Shown here: positions 18,457 to 28,317 of the stretch, piece by piece
Numbering within the stretch: the first letter of the stretch is position 1
How the letters are laid out: every line of letters begins with the position of its first letter
Made by a program: the position numbers and the translations under genes
The notes under the pieces: model-generated
The model's database searches: none
The model's input: the letters and a program-made list of their open reading frames with translations, nothing else
What the model was told of the DNA's origin: nothing
Origin: Oscillospiraceae bacterium
GTDB taxonomy: Bacteria; Bacillota; Clostridia; Oscillospirales; Oscillospiraceae
DNA length: 64,000 nucleotides
Direction of reading: 5' to 3'
NCBI GenBank assembly: GCA_902778275.1
Contig: CACYXE010000015.1
Coordinates: forward strand, 6,619 to 70,618

Positions 18457-19554
18457 ATGCTGAACAATTCCTATCTTTTGATAGATACAGCTGCTCTTGC
18501 TTTGAACGTTCAAACGCTGCAGGGAGAGCTGAATGGAGCCAAACTGGTCCCAGTGATCAAGGATGACGCCTATGGGCTGGGCGCGGTTCCGGTGGCAAAG
18601 CAATTGATGAATTGCGGTATAGACACCTTCGCGGTGGCCCATGTTTCCGAGGGACTGATCCTGCGCGAGGGCGGTGTGGACGCGGAGATCTGGGTCATGA
18701 GCATCCCGCTGGACTTCCAGGTCGAGAGCGCCGTGGCCGCAGACCTGGTCCTGACGGTCGGCAGTTTTCGTCAGTTTCCCGTGCTGTGCGAGGCGGCAAA
18801 GAAAGCGAATAAACGACTTGACGTACAGCTGAAGCTGGACACCGGCCTCCACAGGATCGGCTTCCGGGAAGATGAATTGCCCCAGGTGGCCCGCATGTTT
18901 GCGGAGGCTGCGCCGTATCTTCATTGCGTCGGGAGCTTTTCCCATTTTGCCAACAATGAAACGGAGCACATGGAGAGCCAATATTCGTTGTTCTTGTCCA
19001 TGGCTGAACAACTGCGCAATCTCGGCATGGACCCGGGACCGCTGCACATCTCCAGCTCCGCTTCTCTGGAGGCCAACGCAAAGTATAATCTGGATGCCGT
19101 GCGTGTCGGCCGGCGGCTGTATATGGACAACCCGGAGAATCCCACCGGCAAGATCCGGGAGATCGCGAGCCTGCGGGCCTATATCACGGATATCCGTGAG
19201 CGAAAGGCGGGGGACAGCCTCTCCTATGGGGGCGTCTTCCATCTGCCGGAGGATGCAGTGGTGGGCGTGCTCTCTGTGGGCTACGGCGACGGTTTGACTC
19301 CGGAGCTTTTCGACCGGCACGCGCCGGTGTTGATCCGCGGCAAGCGTGCAAAACTTTTGGCCTCCTGTATGGACCAGAGCTTTGTGGACCTGACCGGGAT
19401 CCCCTGCCAGGTGGGAGACGAGGTCACCTTCTTCGGCTATGACGCTGACGGGGGCTTCCTTTCCTCGCAGGAGATAGCCAATTGGATCGGCGCCAACGAG
19501 GGCTGCGCACTGACCGGCGCATTGACGACGAGGGTGGCGCGGGTTTTCCGGTAA
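18457..19554 (+). CDS. alr: Alanine racemase family PLP enzyme
   Basis: VIKDDAYGLG (PLP-lysine motif variant), SVGYGDG, beta-strand C-terminal domain; 365 aa. Lies 23 nt after the ABC ATPase gene. Confidence 0.8.
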   Translation: MLNNSYLLIDTAALALNVQTLQGELNGAKLVPVIKDDAYGLGAVPVAKQLMNCGIDTFAVAHVSEGLILREGGVDAEIWVMSIPLDFQVESAVAADLVLTVGSFRQFPVLCEAAKKANKRLDVQLKLDTGLHRIGFREDELPQVARMFAEAAPYLHCVGSFSHFANNETEHMESQYSLFLSMAEQLRNLGMDPGPLHISSSASLEANAKYNLDAVRVGRRLYMDNPENPTGKIREIASLRAYITDIRERKAGDSLSYGGVFHLPEDAVVGVLSVGYGDGLTPELFDRHAPVLIRGKRAKLLASCMDQSFVDLTGIPCQVGDEVTFFGYDADGGFLSSQEIANWIGANEGCALTGALTTRVARVFR

Positions 19555-19567
19555 AGAAAATAAGGTT

Positions 19568-19603
19568 CCCCGCTGTACCGAAACGTACAGCGGGGTTTCT
19601 TTT
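19568..19603 (+). terminator. Intrinsic terminator after alr
   Basis: CCCCGCTGTAC / GTACAGCGGGG 11-bp stem followed by TTTCTTTT. Confidence 0.8.
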
Positions 19604-19611
19604 GCATAGCC

Positions 19612-19638
19612 TTAGCACTCAAAATGAAAGAGTGCTAA
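19612..19638 (+). promoter_or_regulatory. CIRCE operator (HrcA binding site)
   Basis: Perfect match to TTAGCACTC-N9-GAGTGCTAA, 130 nt upstream of hsp20. Confidence 0.9.
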
Positions 19639-19768
19639 TATTCACAGTCTGTTCATATTTAACGCTATATTTGTTCATAAATGTGCGGTATTTTATATAT
19701 AGAACGAAACGAAAGAAATGAATGTTTCGCCAAAAGAAGTACATCATAGATTTATGGAGGTATAGATT

Positions 19769-20206
19769 ATGTTTGAACTGATTCCTTTTGACCGTCGTGG
19801 CCGCAATGTTTCCGTGTATGACCCCTTCCGGGCCTTTGACGAACTGGAGCGCAGCTTCTTCGGCAACACCGCCAATAGCGTTTCCGCATTCCGCACCGAC
19901 GTGACCGATACCGGCGACGCCTACAAGCTGGAGGCCGAGCTTCCCGGTTTCAAGAAGGACGATATCAAGATCGATATCGAGAACGATTGCCTGACCATCA
20001 GCGCCGAGCGCAAGGCCGAGAACGAGGACAAGAAGCACAACTTCGTCAAGCGGGAGCGCTTCTACGGGTCCTTCAGCCGCAGCTTTGACGTCTCCGGCAT
20101 CAACGTGGACGGGATCGAAGCCGCTTATACCGACGGCGTGCTGACCCTGAACCTGCCCAAGAAGGTGGAGACTGTTCCCGCCAGCCGCCGGCTGGAGATC
20201 AAGTAA
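19769..20206 (+). CDS. Hsp20/alpha-crystallin family small heat-shock protein
   Basis: 145 aa. DVTDTGDAYKLEAELPGFKKDDIKI alpha-crystallin domain. GGAGG SD. Confidence 0.9.
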   Translation: MFELIPFDRRGRNVSVYDPFRAFDELERSFFGNTANSVSAFRTDVTDTGDAYKLEAELPGFKKDDIKIDIENDCLTISAERKAENEDKKHNFVKRERFYGSFSRSFDVSGINVDGIEAAYTDGVLTLNLPKKVETVPASRRLEIK

Positions 20207-20223
20207 GAAGCCATCAGGCAAAT

Positions 20224-20262
20224 ATCGGAGGCACTCAGCAGAGTGCCTCCGATTTCTTTTTT
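20224..20262. terminator. Terminator shared by hsp20 and the convergent nhaC gene
   Basis: 13-bp perfect stem ATCGGAGGCACTC / GAGTGCCTCCGAT followed by a T-run. Overlaps the last codons of nhaC. Confidence 0.7.
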
Positions 20263-21545
20263 TGTATGAGCGCCTTTGCAAAACGTGACAGGGGGAGCAA
20301 ATAGAGCAGGCAGGCGGCCAGCAGGCTTTTGACCGGGACGCCCAATGTGGTAAGCGGAACGGAGCTTGCGATGGACCAGGGGATCAGCGGCGCGATGACG
20401 ATCACCGTGTCCTCCAGATCGATGGCAAAGCTCTCCTTTGATTCGCTCAGATCGCTGCACAGTTGATTGGTCAGCATGGCGGCCAGCGTCTGATTGCAGG
20501 AGATGGCGCAGGTAACGACAGCGGAACAGAACGTCGCCCCAAAGGGGGTGATGCGCCGGCTGATCTGTACGAGGCTGTGTTTGGCTCCGTCCAACAGTCC
20601 GGTGCCCTGAAAGATCCCCGCGTAGCAGGAGGAGATCAGGATGATGCCGATCACGCTGAGCATGGACACAACGCCGCCGCCGTCCACCATAGGCGCCAGG
20701 GCGGGGGAGGAGCTCCGATATCCTGCAAACAGGATGCGGAACACTTGTGAAATGTTGAGACCCTGCACGGTGATGCTGAGTACGGCTGCCAGCAGCAGGC
20801 TGACAGACAGTGTGAGCAGGACCGGCCTGCGGAAGAAGGACAGGATCAGTACCGCCAGGGCGGGCAGCACGCAGATCCAATGGAGCTGAAAGCCCTCCGC
20901 AAAGAGCGCGCGGATGTCCATGCCGCTGTCCGCCGGGTGGCTGTTGAGCCCCACCAGCAGATAGACGCCGCAGCTGAGCAGGAAGGGGAGCAGCACGGTC
21001 CGGCACATGCGGCGGATGTTCTGAAACAGGTCTGTGTCGGTCAGGGTACAGACCAGAAGGGCGCTGGTGGAAATGGGGGAGCAGCGGTCACCGAAGAAGG
21101 CCCCGGCCAGAATGGCCCCGCCGATCCAAACCGGGTCCATCTGCATGGTATTTGCCATGGTCATGCAGATGATGCCGATGGTGGCAACGGTACCGAAAGC
21201 GGTGCCGGTCAATACGGAGACGCCGCAGTTGAGCAGAAAACATAACAGCAGGAAAACAGATGGGCGGATCAGCCGGGAAGCGTAGCAAATGATGACCGCT
21301 ATGGTGCCGCTGGCCCGCCACAGAGCGGTCAGGGCGCCGATCAGCGCCATCATGATAAGGATCCCGCTGGCGGTCTTGACGCCGCTGAGGGACAGCCGCA
21401 GCAGCTCCCGCAGGGGAACACGCTTATACAGACCGTAGGCCAGGAACAGCAGCAGTCCGGCGAGCAGGGCGTACAGGATAGAGATATCCAGAAGGACGCA
21501 GCCCAGCAGAATCATACAGAACAGGGAAAGGGTAAGTGTCGCCAT
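20235..21545 (-). CDS. Na+/H+ antiporter NhaC family membrane protein
   Basis: 436-aa polytopic protein. GTAFGTVATIG and FFGDRCSPIS blocks are typical of NhaC-like transporters. Confidence 0.8.
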   Translation of the reverse strand: MATLTLSLFCMILLGCVLLDISILYALLAGLLLFLAYGLYKRVPLRELLRLSLSGVKTASGILIMMALIGALTALWRASGTIAVIICYASRLIRPSVFLLLCFLLNCGVSVLTGTAFGTVATIGIICMTMANTMQMDPVWIGGAILAGAFFGDRCSPISTSALLVCTLTDTDLFQNIRRMCRTVLLPFLLSCGVYLLVGLNSHPADSGMDIRALFAEGFQLHWICVLPALAVLILSFFRRPVLLTLSVSLLLAAVLSITVQGLNISQVFRILFAGYRSSSPALAPMVDGGGVVSMLSVIGIILISSCYAGIFQGTGLLDGAKHSLVQISRRITPFGATFCSAVVTCAISCNQTLAAMLTNQLCSDLSESKESFAIDLEDTVIVIAPLIPWSIASSVPLTTLGVPVKSLLAACLLYLLPLSRFAKALIQKKKSEALC

Positions 21546-21567
21546 GGCTTGCCTCCTTTGGAAAATC

Positions 21568-21607
21568 TTGACTTTGAGAGTATACGCCCAAAGTCAAAGC
21601 TTGTAAA
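21568..21607 (-). promoter_or_regulatory. nhaC promoter with an inverted repeat bracketing the -10
   Basis: Minus strand: TTTACA (21602..21607), 17 nt, TATACT (21579..21584). TTGACTTTG (21568..21576) and CAAAGTCAA (21589..21597) flank the -10. Confidence 0.5.
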
Positions 21608-21613
21608 TACCTT

Positions 21614-21642
21614 TTGACAGAGTATCGAATCCCCGCTATACT
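21614..21642 (+). promoter_or_regulatory. Sigma-A-like promoter driving the hairpin-rich tatD leader
   Basis: TTGACA, 17 nt, TATACT. Confidence 0.6.
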
Positions 21643-21658
21643 ATATTGACTATATGAT

Positions 21659-21818
21659 GGCGAAAAGCCAAAACGCTTTTCGCCGCGCCGCTTTGCGGCG
21701 CAGCAAAACAGCCCTGCTGTTTTGCCATATATTCATTGCAATGAGGAATGATTCAAAGAATCATTCGCTGCCAAACTAGTCGTTTGGCAGCGAAATCAAT
21801 CGAACTTTCGATTGATTT
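21659..21818 (+). other. Array of six consecutive perfect hairpins (function unknown)
   Basis: Hairpin positions: 21659..21684 (10 bp), 21685..21701 (7 bp), 21703..21725 (10 bp), 21746..21766 (9 bp), 21767..21791 (10 bp), 21793..21818 (11 bp). No mismatches and all stems differ in sequence. Confidence 0.6.
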
Positions 21819-21860
21819 TGCCATCCGATAATCATTATGATCGCTTAGGAGGGGAAGCGT

Positions 21861-22622
21861 ATGATTTTTGACACCCATTCCCATTATGACGACAAGGCCT
21901 TTGACAAAGACCAGGAGGAAGTCCTTGGTCTGGCTCATGAGGCCGGTGTGGGCCTGATCGTGGATCCGGGCTGCGATGCGGAGAGCAGCGAGGCGGCGAT
22001 TGCCCTGGCGGAACGCTTCGATTTTGTATACGCGGCTGTGGGCTGCCATCCGGAGGAGTTGGCCTCCTGCAGCGAGGAAGCTTATGCCCGGATCGCGGAG
22101 CTGGCCCGCCACCCCAAATGCGTGGCCATTGGGGAGATCGGCCTGGACTACTACTGGGACGACACCCACAAGGAAGAACAGAAGGCTTTGTTTCGCAGAC
22201 AAATCCAGCTGGCGTTGGAATTATGTAAACCGATTATCGTCCACGACCGGGAGGCCCATGGGGACTGTATGGAGATCGTGCGGGATTACCCGGAGCTGCG
22301 GGGCGTGTTCCACTGCTACTCCGGCAGCGCAGAAATGGCAAAGGAACTGCTGAAACGGGGTTGGTATCTGGGCTTTGACGGCCCGGTGACCTACAAAAAC
22401 GCGCGAAAGACCATCGAGGTGCTGGAGATCTGTCCTCTGGACCGGATGCTGATCGAGACGGACAGCCCCTATCTCAGCCCGGTGCCTCTGCGGGGAAAGC
22501 GCAACGATTCCAGAAATCTGCGCTATGTGATCGAAAAGATCGCCGAGGTCCGGGGAGAGCGCCCGGAGCGGATCGAACAGATCACCTGGGAAAACGGAAA
22601 ACGCCTGTTTGGCATTGAATAA
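21861..22622 (+). CDS. TatD family metal-dependent hydrolase (YcfH-like)
   Basis: MIFDTHSHYDD, IGEIGLDYYW and VHDREAH motifs. AGGAGG SD. Confidence 0.9.
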   Translation: MIFDTHSHYDDKAFDKDQEEVLGLAHEAGVGLIVDPGCDAESSEAAIALAERFDFVYAAVGCHPEELASCSEEAYARIAELARHPKCVAIGEIGLDYYWDDTHKEEQKALFRRQIQLALELCKPIIVHDREAHGDCMEIVRDYPELRGVFHCYSGSAEMAKELLKRGWYLGFDGPVTYKNARKTIEVLEICPLDRMLIETDSPYLSPVPLRGKRNDSRNLRYVIEKIAEVRGERPERIEQITWENGKRLFGIE

Positions 22623-22656
22623 GCAAACCAGCCGTCTGTGGACGGCTGGTTTGCTT
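22621..22656. terminator. Bidirectional terminator after tatD
   Basis: 16-bp perfect stem AAGCAAACCAGCCGTC / GACGGCTGGTTTGCTT with loop TGTG. Confidence 0.75.
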
Positions 22657-22676
22657 ATTCATCGACTTTTCAAATC

Positions 22677-23189
22677 TCAGTGCTGCTTGACCCAGGCGAC
22701 GATCTCACTGACGTCCCAGCTGGCGGGTTCGCCCCGGCCGGTGGTAGCCATGACATAGGTGGCCTGCTCCTGGGCGTTCAGCGGGGTCTTGAGCCGCTTG
22801 AACTCCAGCTTCTTGGCGATGTCCTTGACCTTCAGGCGCATGATGAGGTTCATGGGCAGCGGCAGCTTGTTGATGTTGAAGCCGCCCTGTAGGCAGAAGT
22901 AGCCCACACTGCCGGGGACCTGGTTTTTCTCCCGGCCGAAAGCGGCGCTGCCCTCCGTCACGGGGGCCATGCCCACCGCGCAGACAGCGGCCACAGGCAG
23001 CTGCTTTTTGACTTTGCTGTAGCCGACGACGGTCCCGGCCATGACCCAGCTGACGTAGATCACCTCGCCGTCTTTGATGGCGGGCTGCTGGCCCAGAGCA
23101 TAGGCGGGCAGCGCCAAGAAACGGGACAGCTCCTCGGCATAGCGCTTGCAGGATCCGGTTTGAGAATTGTAGATGATGGCTTTGATCAT
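22677..23189 (-). CDS. Flavodoxin-like domain protein
   Basis: MIKAIIYNSQTGSCKRYAE N-terminus resembles a flavodoxin FMN-phosphate loop; 170 aa. GGAGGG SD. The family call is tentative. Confidence 0.5.
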   Translation of the reverse strand: MIKAIIYNSQTGSCKRYAEELSRFLALPAYALGQQPAIKDGEVIYVSWVMAGTVVGYSKVKKQLPVAAVCAVGMAPVTEGSAAFGREKNQVPGSVGYFCLQGGFNINKLPLPMNLIMRLKVKDIAKKLEFKRLKTPLNAQEQATYVMATTGRGEPASWDVSEIVAWVKQH

Positions 23190-23244
23190 TGGTATCCCTC
23201 CGTATAGATTGCCGTTTTCCTTTTCCGTGCTGCGGCTTGTTTGC

Positions 23245-24414
23245 TCAGCTGTAGCTGGCGTAGACGTCGGAATAGTCCCGGCCCTCCTTGTCGGCCTGGT
23301 AGCTGCCGTCCAGCTTGCTCAATACCCGGTTGTAGGCGTCGGAACCCTCGGTGTAGGGCGTGGGGCAGTAGTCGTTGTAGTTGTCTCCGGTATATCCCTC
23401 GTTAACGGGGCGGCTGCTGACACAGCAGGGGATGATCGTATAGCCGTCGTTGGAGATGCTGCCGTCCACATCCCGCTTGACGGAGACCTGGACGATGGCG
23501 GTGTCCCGGTCGGTGGGGGCGGTGTGGCCACCAAAGGACCAGTTGCCCATACTGTAGAGGATGATGCCGCCCTTATACTCCTCGATCGGCTGCAGGCAGT
23601 GGGTATGGGTGCCATAGACCAGATCCGCGCCGGCGTCAATGGCGGCGTGGCCTATGTCGGTTTGGCTGGCGTTTGGGTGGTAATACAGCTCCTGGCCCCA
23701 GTGGTAGGCGCAGATGATATATTCCGCCCCCTCATCCCGCAGCTGCCGGATAGCCGCGGCGGCTTTATTCTTGTCAGGCTGGAAGTCATTGTATGCGCAG
23801 TAGATCCCCAACTTCAAACCGCTGTCCGTGGTGATGATCTGAGCCTCGTCTTCTTTCCCGTAGGGGATGCCGTGGTCCTCCAGGGCTTTCCAGGTGAAGT
23901 CCAGTCCTGTCTGGCCAAAGTCCAGCATGTGATTATTGGCAGTGGTGACAAAGTCAACCCCGCCTTCGATCAAAATGTTGGCATAGTCGCTGGGAGCACG
24001 AAAATAAAACTGCTGGGCGGAATACAGCTTGTTGTCGGCAAGAGTGCATTCCAGGTTGGATATGGTGAAATCGTCGCTCTCAAAATATTGGACCGTGTTG
24101 GAGAAGGGGTAGGCATAGTCGCCGTTCATCCGGGCCGCGTAGGAATAAGGGGTCCCGTCTTTATATTGATTGGTGGCCAGGGTCTGGTCGCCGATGACGG
24201 AAATGGTGTAGGAAACAGGCTCCGGCGCCGGGGTCGGATCCGGTTCGTCCTCCGGTACGGCGGCAGAGGGAGACGTGTCTGCGGGAGCGGATACGGCCGG
24301 ATCGGCATTCCCGACGGAAGCTGGGACAGATCCGGCGGGTACACGCAGATGCACCACAACGCCCAATACCGCGGCCAGGAGCACGGTTATGATAATTTGG
24401 AGTAATCTTTTCAT
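23245..24414 (-). CDS. CapA family (PGA_cap metallophosphatase-like) membrane-anchored protein, paralogue 1
   Basis: Start at MKRLLQIIITVLL (ATG 24414). N-terminal TM helix, P/E-rich linker, NLECTL, ANNHMLDFG and GTHTHCLQP motifs. Confidence 0.85.
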   Translation of the reverse strand: MKRLLQIIITVLLAAVLGVVVHLRVPAGSVPASVGNADPAVSAPADTSPSAAVPEDEPDPTPAPEPVSYTISVIGDQTLATNQYKDGTPYSYAARMNGDYAYPFSNTVQYFESDDFTISNLECTLADNKLYSAQQFYFRAPSDYANILIEGGVDFVTTANNHMLDFGQTGLDFTWKALEDHGIPYGKEDEAQIITTDSGLKLGIYCAYNDFQPDKNKAAAAIRQLRDEGAEYIICAYHWGQELYYHPNASQTDIGHAAIDAGADLVYGTHTHCLQPIEEYKGGIILYSMGNWSFGGHTAPTDRDTAIVQVSVKRDVDGSISNDGYTIIPCCVSSRPVNEGYTGDNYNDYCPTPYTEGSDAYNRVLSKLDGSYQADKEGRDYSDVYASYS

Positions 24415-24482
24415 GCAAAACAAGACCTCATTCAGAGAAATCGCCTGTTCATTATAAGCAGAAATCAGCCGAAAAGCAAGTA

Positions 24483-24515
24483 AAACAGCACCGAATTGTC
24501 TGTTCGGTGCTGTTT
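24483..24515 (-). terminator. Terminator between the two CapA paralogues
   Basis: 13-bp stem AAACAGCACCGAA / TTCGGTGCTGTTT with a T-run on the minus strand. Confidence 0.7.
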
Positions 24516-24520
24516 GATGT

Positions 24521-25720
24521 TCAGCCGTTATTCAAGTTGGAGTAATCGATATGCAGGTTGGGGCCGTCAAAGCCGCCGGTAAGCTTGCTCATGGCCCGGT
24601 CATAATACTCTGTGCCCTCTGCGTAAGGCGTGGGGCAATAGTCGTTATAGGCCTCTGCGGTATAGTCCTCCAGAACGGGCCGGCCGCTGACACAGCAGGG
24701 GATGATGGTATAGCCGTCGTTGGAGACGCTCCCGTCCAGATCCCGCTTGACGCTGACCTGGACGATGGCGGTATCCATATCCGAGGGGCTGGTGTTGCCG
24801 CCGAAGGACCAGTTGCCCATGCTGTAAAGGATGATGCCGCCGTTATATTCCTCAATGGGCTGCAGCGTGTGGGAGTGGCTGCCGTAGACCAGATCGGCGC
24901 CCGCGTCGATACAGGCGTGGGCCAGATCGATATCATACTGCGTGGGCTGGTAGACGCCCTCGTCGACGCCCCAGTGGAACATGCAGATGATGTACTCCGC
25001 GCCCGCGTCCCGCATGGCGCTGATGGCGGCCGTGCAGTTTTCGGTCTTGGGGTAGTAGCCGTTGTAGGCGCAGTAGATGCCAACCGTCAGGCCGCTGTCG
25101 GTGGTGAGGATCTTGTACTCGTTCTCCTTGCAGTAGGGCAGCCCCACCGCATCCAGAGAAGCGCAGGTCTCTTCAATGCCCTGCAGGCCGTAGTCGTCCG
25201 TGTGGTTATTGGCGGTGTTAACGAAGTCCACCTTGCCCTCCGTGAGGATGTTGGCATAGGCTGCGGGAGCCAGGAAGTGGAAGAAGGACTCGGAATAGAT
25301 CTTTTCGTCCGAGAGCGTACACTCCAGATTGGCGATGGTCAGATCGTCGTTTTCAAAGTACTGCACCGTGCGGGAGAAGGGATAGGCGTAATTCTCGCCC
25401 ACATAGGAGGCGTAGGAAAACTCGGCGGTGGCGGGCGTATAACGGGTATCGTTATAGAGTGTGCAGTCGCCGATGGCGGAGATCGTGAAGATTTCCGGTG
25501 TTGGCTCCGGTGTGGGTTCGGGGGTAGGTTCCGGTGTGGGTTCCGGCGTGGGCTCCGGTGTTGCCTCCGTTGCAGGCGCCGCAGCCGGCTCCGCCGTCGC
25601 TTCGGGGGTCACCTCGGTCCTGCCAGAGAAGGGAGATACTGTCAGGATCCGCAAAACGATCGCGGCTGCCAGCAGAAGCAGAGCCAGTATAAAAAAGAGT
25701 GTCTTTATTGTTTTTTTCAT
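24521..25720 (-). CDS. CapA family membrane-anchored protein, paralogue 2
   Basis: N-terminal TM helix, (EPTP)n linker, and the same NLECTL / ANNHTDDYG / GSHSHTLQP blocks as paralogue 1. Confidence 0.85.
   Translation of the reverse strand: MKKTIKTLFFILALLLLAAAIVLRILTVSPFSGRTEVTPEATAEPAAAPATEATPEPTPEPTPEPTPEPTPEPTPEIFTISAIGDCTLYNDTRYTPATAEFSYASYVGENYAYPFSRTVQYFENDDLTIANLECTLSDEKIYSESFFHFLAPAAYANILTEGKVDFVNTANNHTDDYGLQGIEETCASLDAVGLPYCKENEYKILTTDSGLTVGIYCAYNGYYPKTENCTAAISAMRDAGAEYIICMFHWGVDEGVYQPTQYDIDLAHACIDAGADLVYGSHSHTLQPIEEYNGGIILYSMGNWSFGGNTSPSDMDTAIVQVSVKRDLDGSVSNDGYTIIPCCVSGRPVLEDYTAEAYNDYCPTPYAEGTEYYDRAMSKLTGGFDGPNLHIDYSNLNNG
25496..25567 (-). repeat. Six tandem 12-nt coding repeats (EATP, then EPTP x5)
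   Basis: Plus strand reads CGGTGTNGGNTC x6, giving TEATPEPTPEPTPEPTPEPTPEPTPE in CapA paralogue 2. Confidence 0.9.
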
Positions 25721-25825
25721 AATTCACCACATACTTCATTATTTGGGAAACACTGTTATTATAGTGAATCTCATCCAGGAAAGCAAGGGATAAGGACGAG
25801 TTTTGAGCCCAAAGCTCGAAAAAGT

Positions 25826-25854
25826 GCTCCGGGCCGCCGTACACGGCCCGGAGC
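25826..25854 (-). terminator. Terminator after the pyrophosphatase gene
   Basis: GCTCCGGGCC / GGCCCGGAGC stem followed on the minus strand by ACTTTTT. Confidence 0.7.
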
Positions 25855-25889
25855 GAGTATATGCGGTTAAGGAGTGAAAGTAGAATCTA

Positions 25890-27881
<1,992 letters not shown>

Positions 27882-27918
27882 AAAACATACACTCCTTTTG
27901 TGTAGTTATTCTTTGTGT

Positions 27919-27947
27919 ATTTTACACGATAAAGCCGTTTTTCACAA
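27919..27947 (-). promoter_or_regulatory. Possible hppA promoter
   Basis: Minus strand: TTGTGA, 17 nt, TAAAAT. Confidence 0.4.
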
Positions 27948-28317
27948 GGCCAAAAAGCAAGGATTTGTGGCAAAATGCCTAAGTTTATGGAAAGTGACGA
28001 ATTCGACTTCCGTACAGAAGCCTTTATGGGCAAAATACCCAAAGTCCAGGGAGGCCCTGTCGCCGTATGAATGCGGCACATTCGGGGAATCTGGTAAAAA
28101 GCCCGGCAGGTTAAATGTATAACAGGCGGATTCACAAAAAATGCACTGGCTTTGGTGCAATCGAACTTGACATTTTTCACAAAAAGCCTCTGCCCGCAGG
28201 GCAGCGCACTGCAATCGACGGGGAGAAGCGGCCGGATGAAATCGAGCAAATAATACTTGGAATTGACAGGCAAAGGCGGTATAATGAAAAGCAGAAAGAG
28301 AAAAGGAGATATGCCCT

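Noticed and set aside
20125-21006. 293-aa minus-strand ORF overlapping nhaC in another frame.
   Set aside because: It lies entirely inside the NhaC-family gene, which has coherent TM segments and family blocks. The alternative product is Pro/Arg/Gly-rich junk.
25496-25567. A 12-nt tandem repeat tract that could be taken for a CRISPR-like or VNTR element.
   Set aside because: The units are contiguous with no spacers, in frame, and encode the (EPTP)n linker of CapA paralogue 2. I listed it as a coding repeat only.
23245-25720. Calling the CapA genes a poly-gamma-glutamate capsule locus.
   Set aside because: No CapB/PgsB ligase or CapC is present in the window. The family name alone does not support that function.
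28263-28285. TTGACA and TATAAT hexamers upstream of glgB.
   Set aside because: The spacer is only 11 nt, which is incompatible with a sigma-A promoter. I did not call a glgB promoter.
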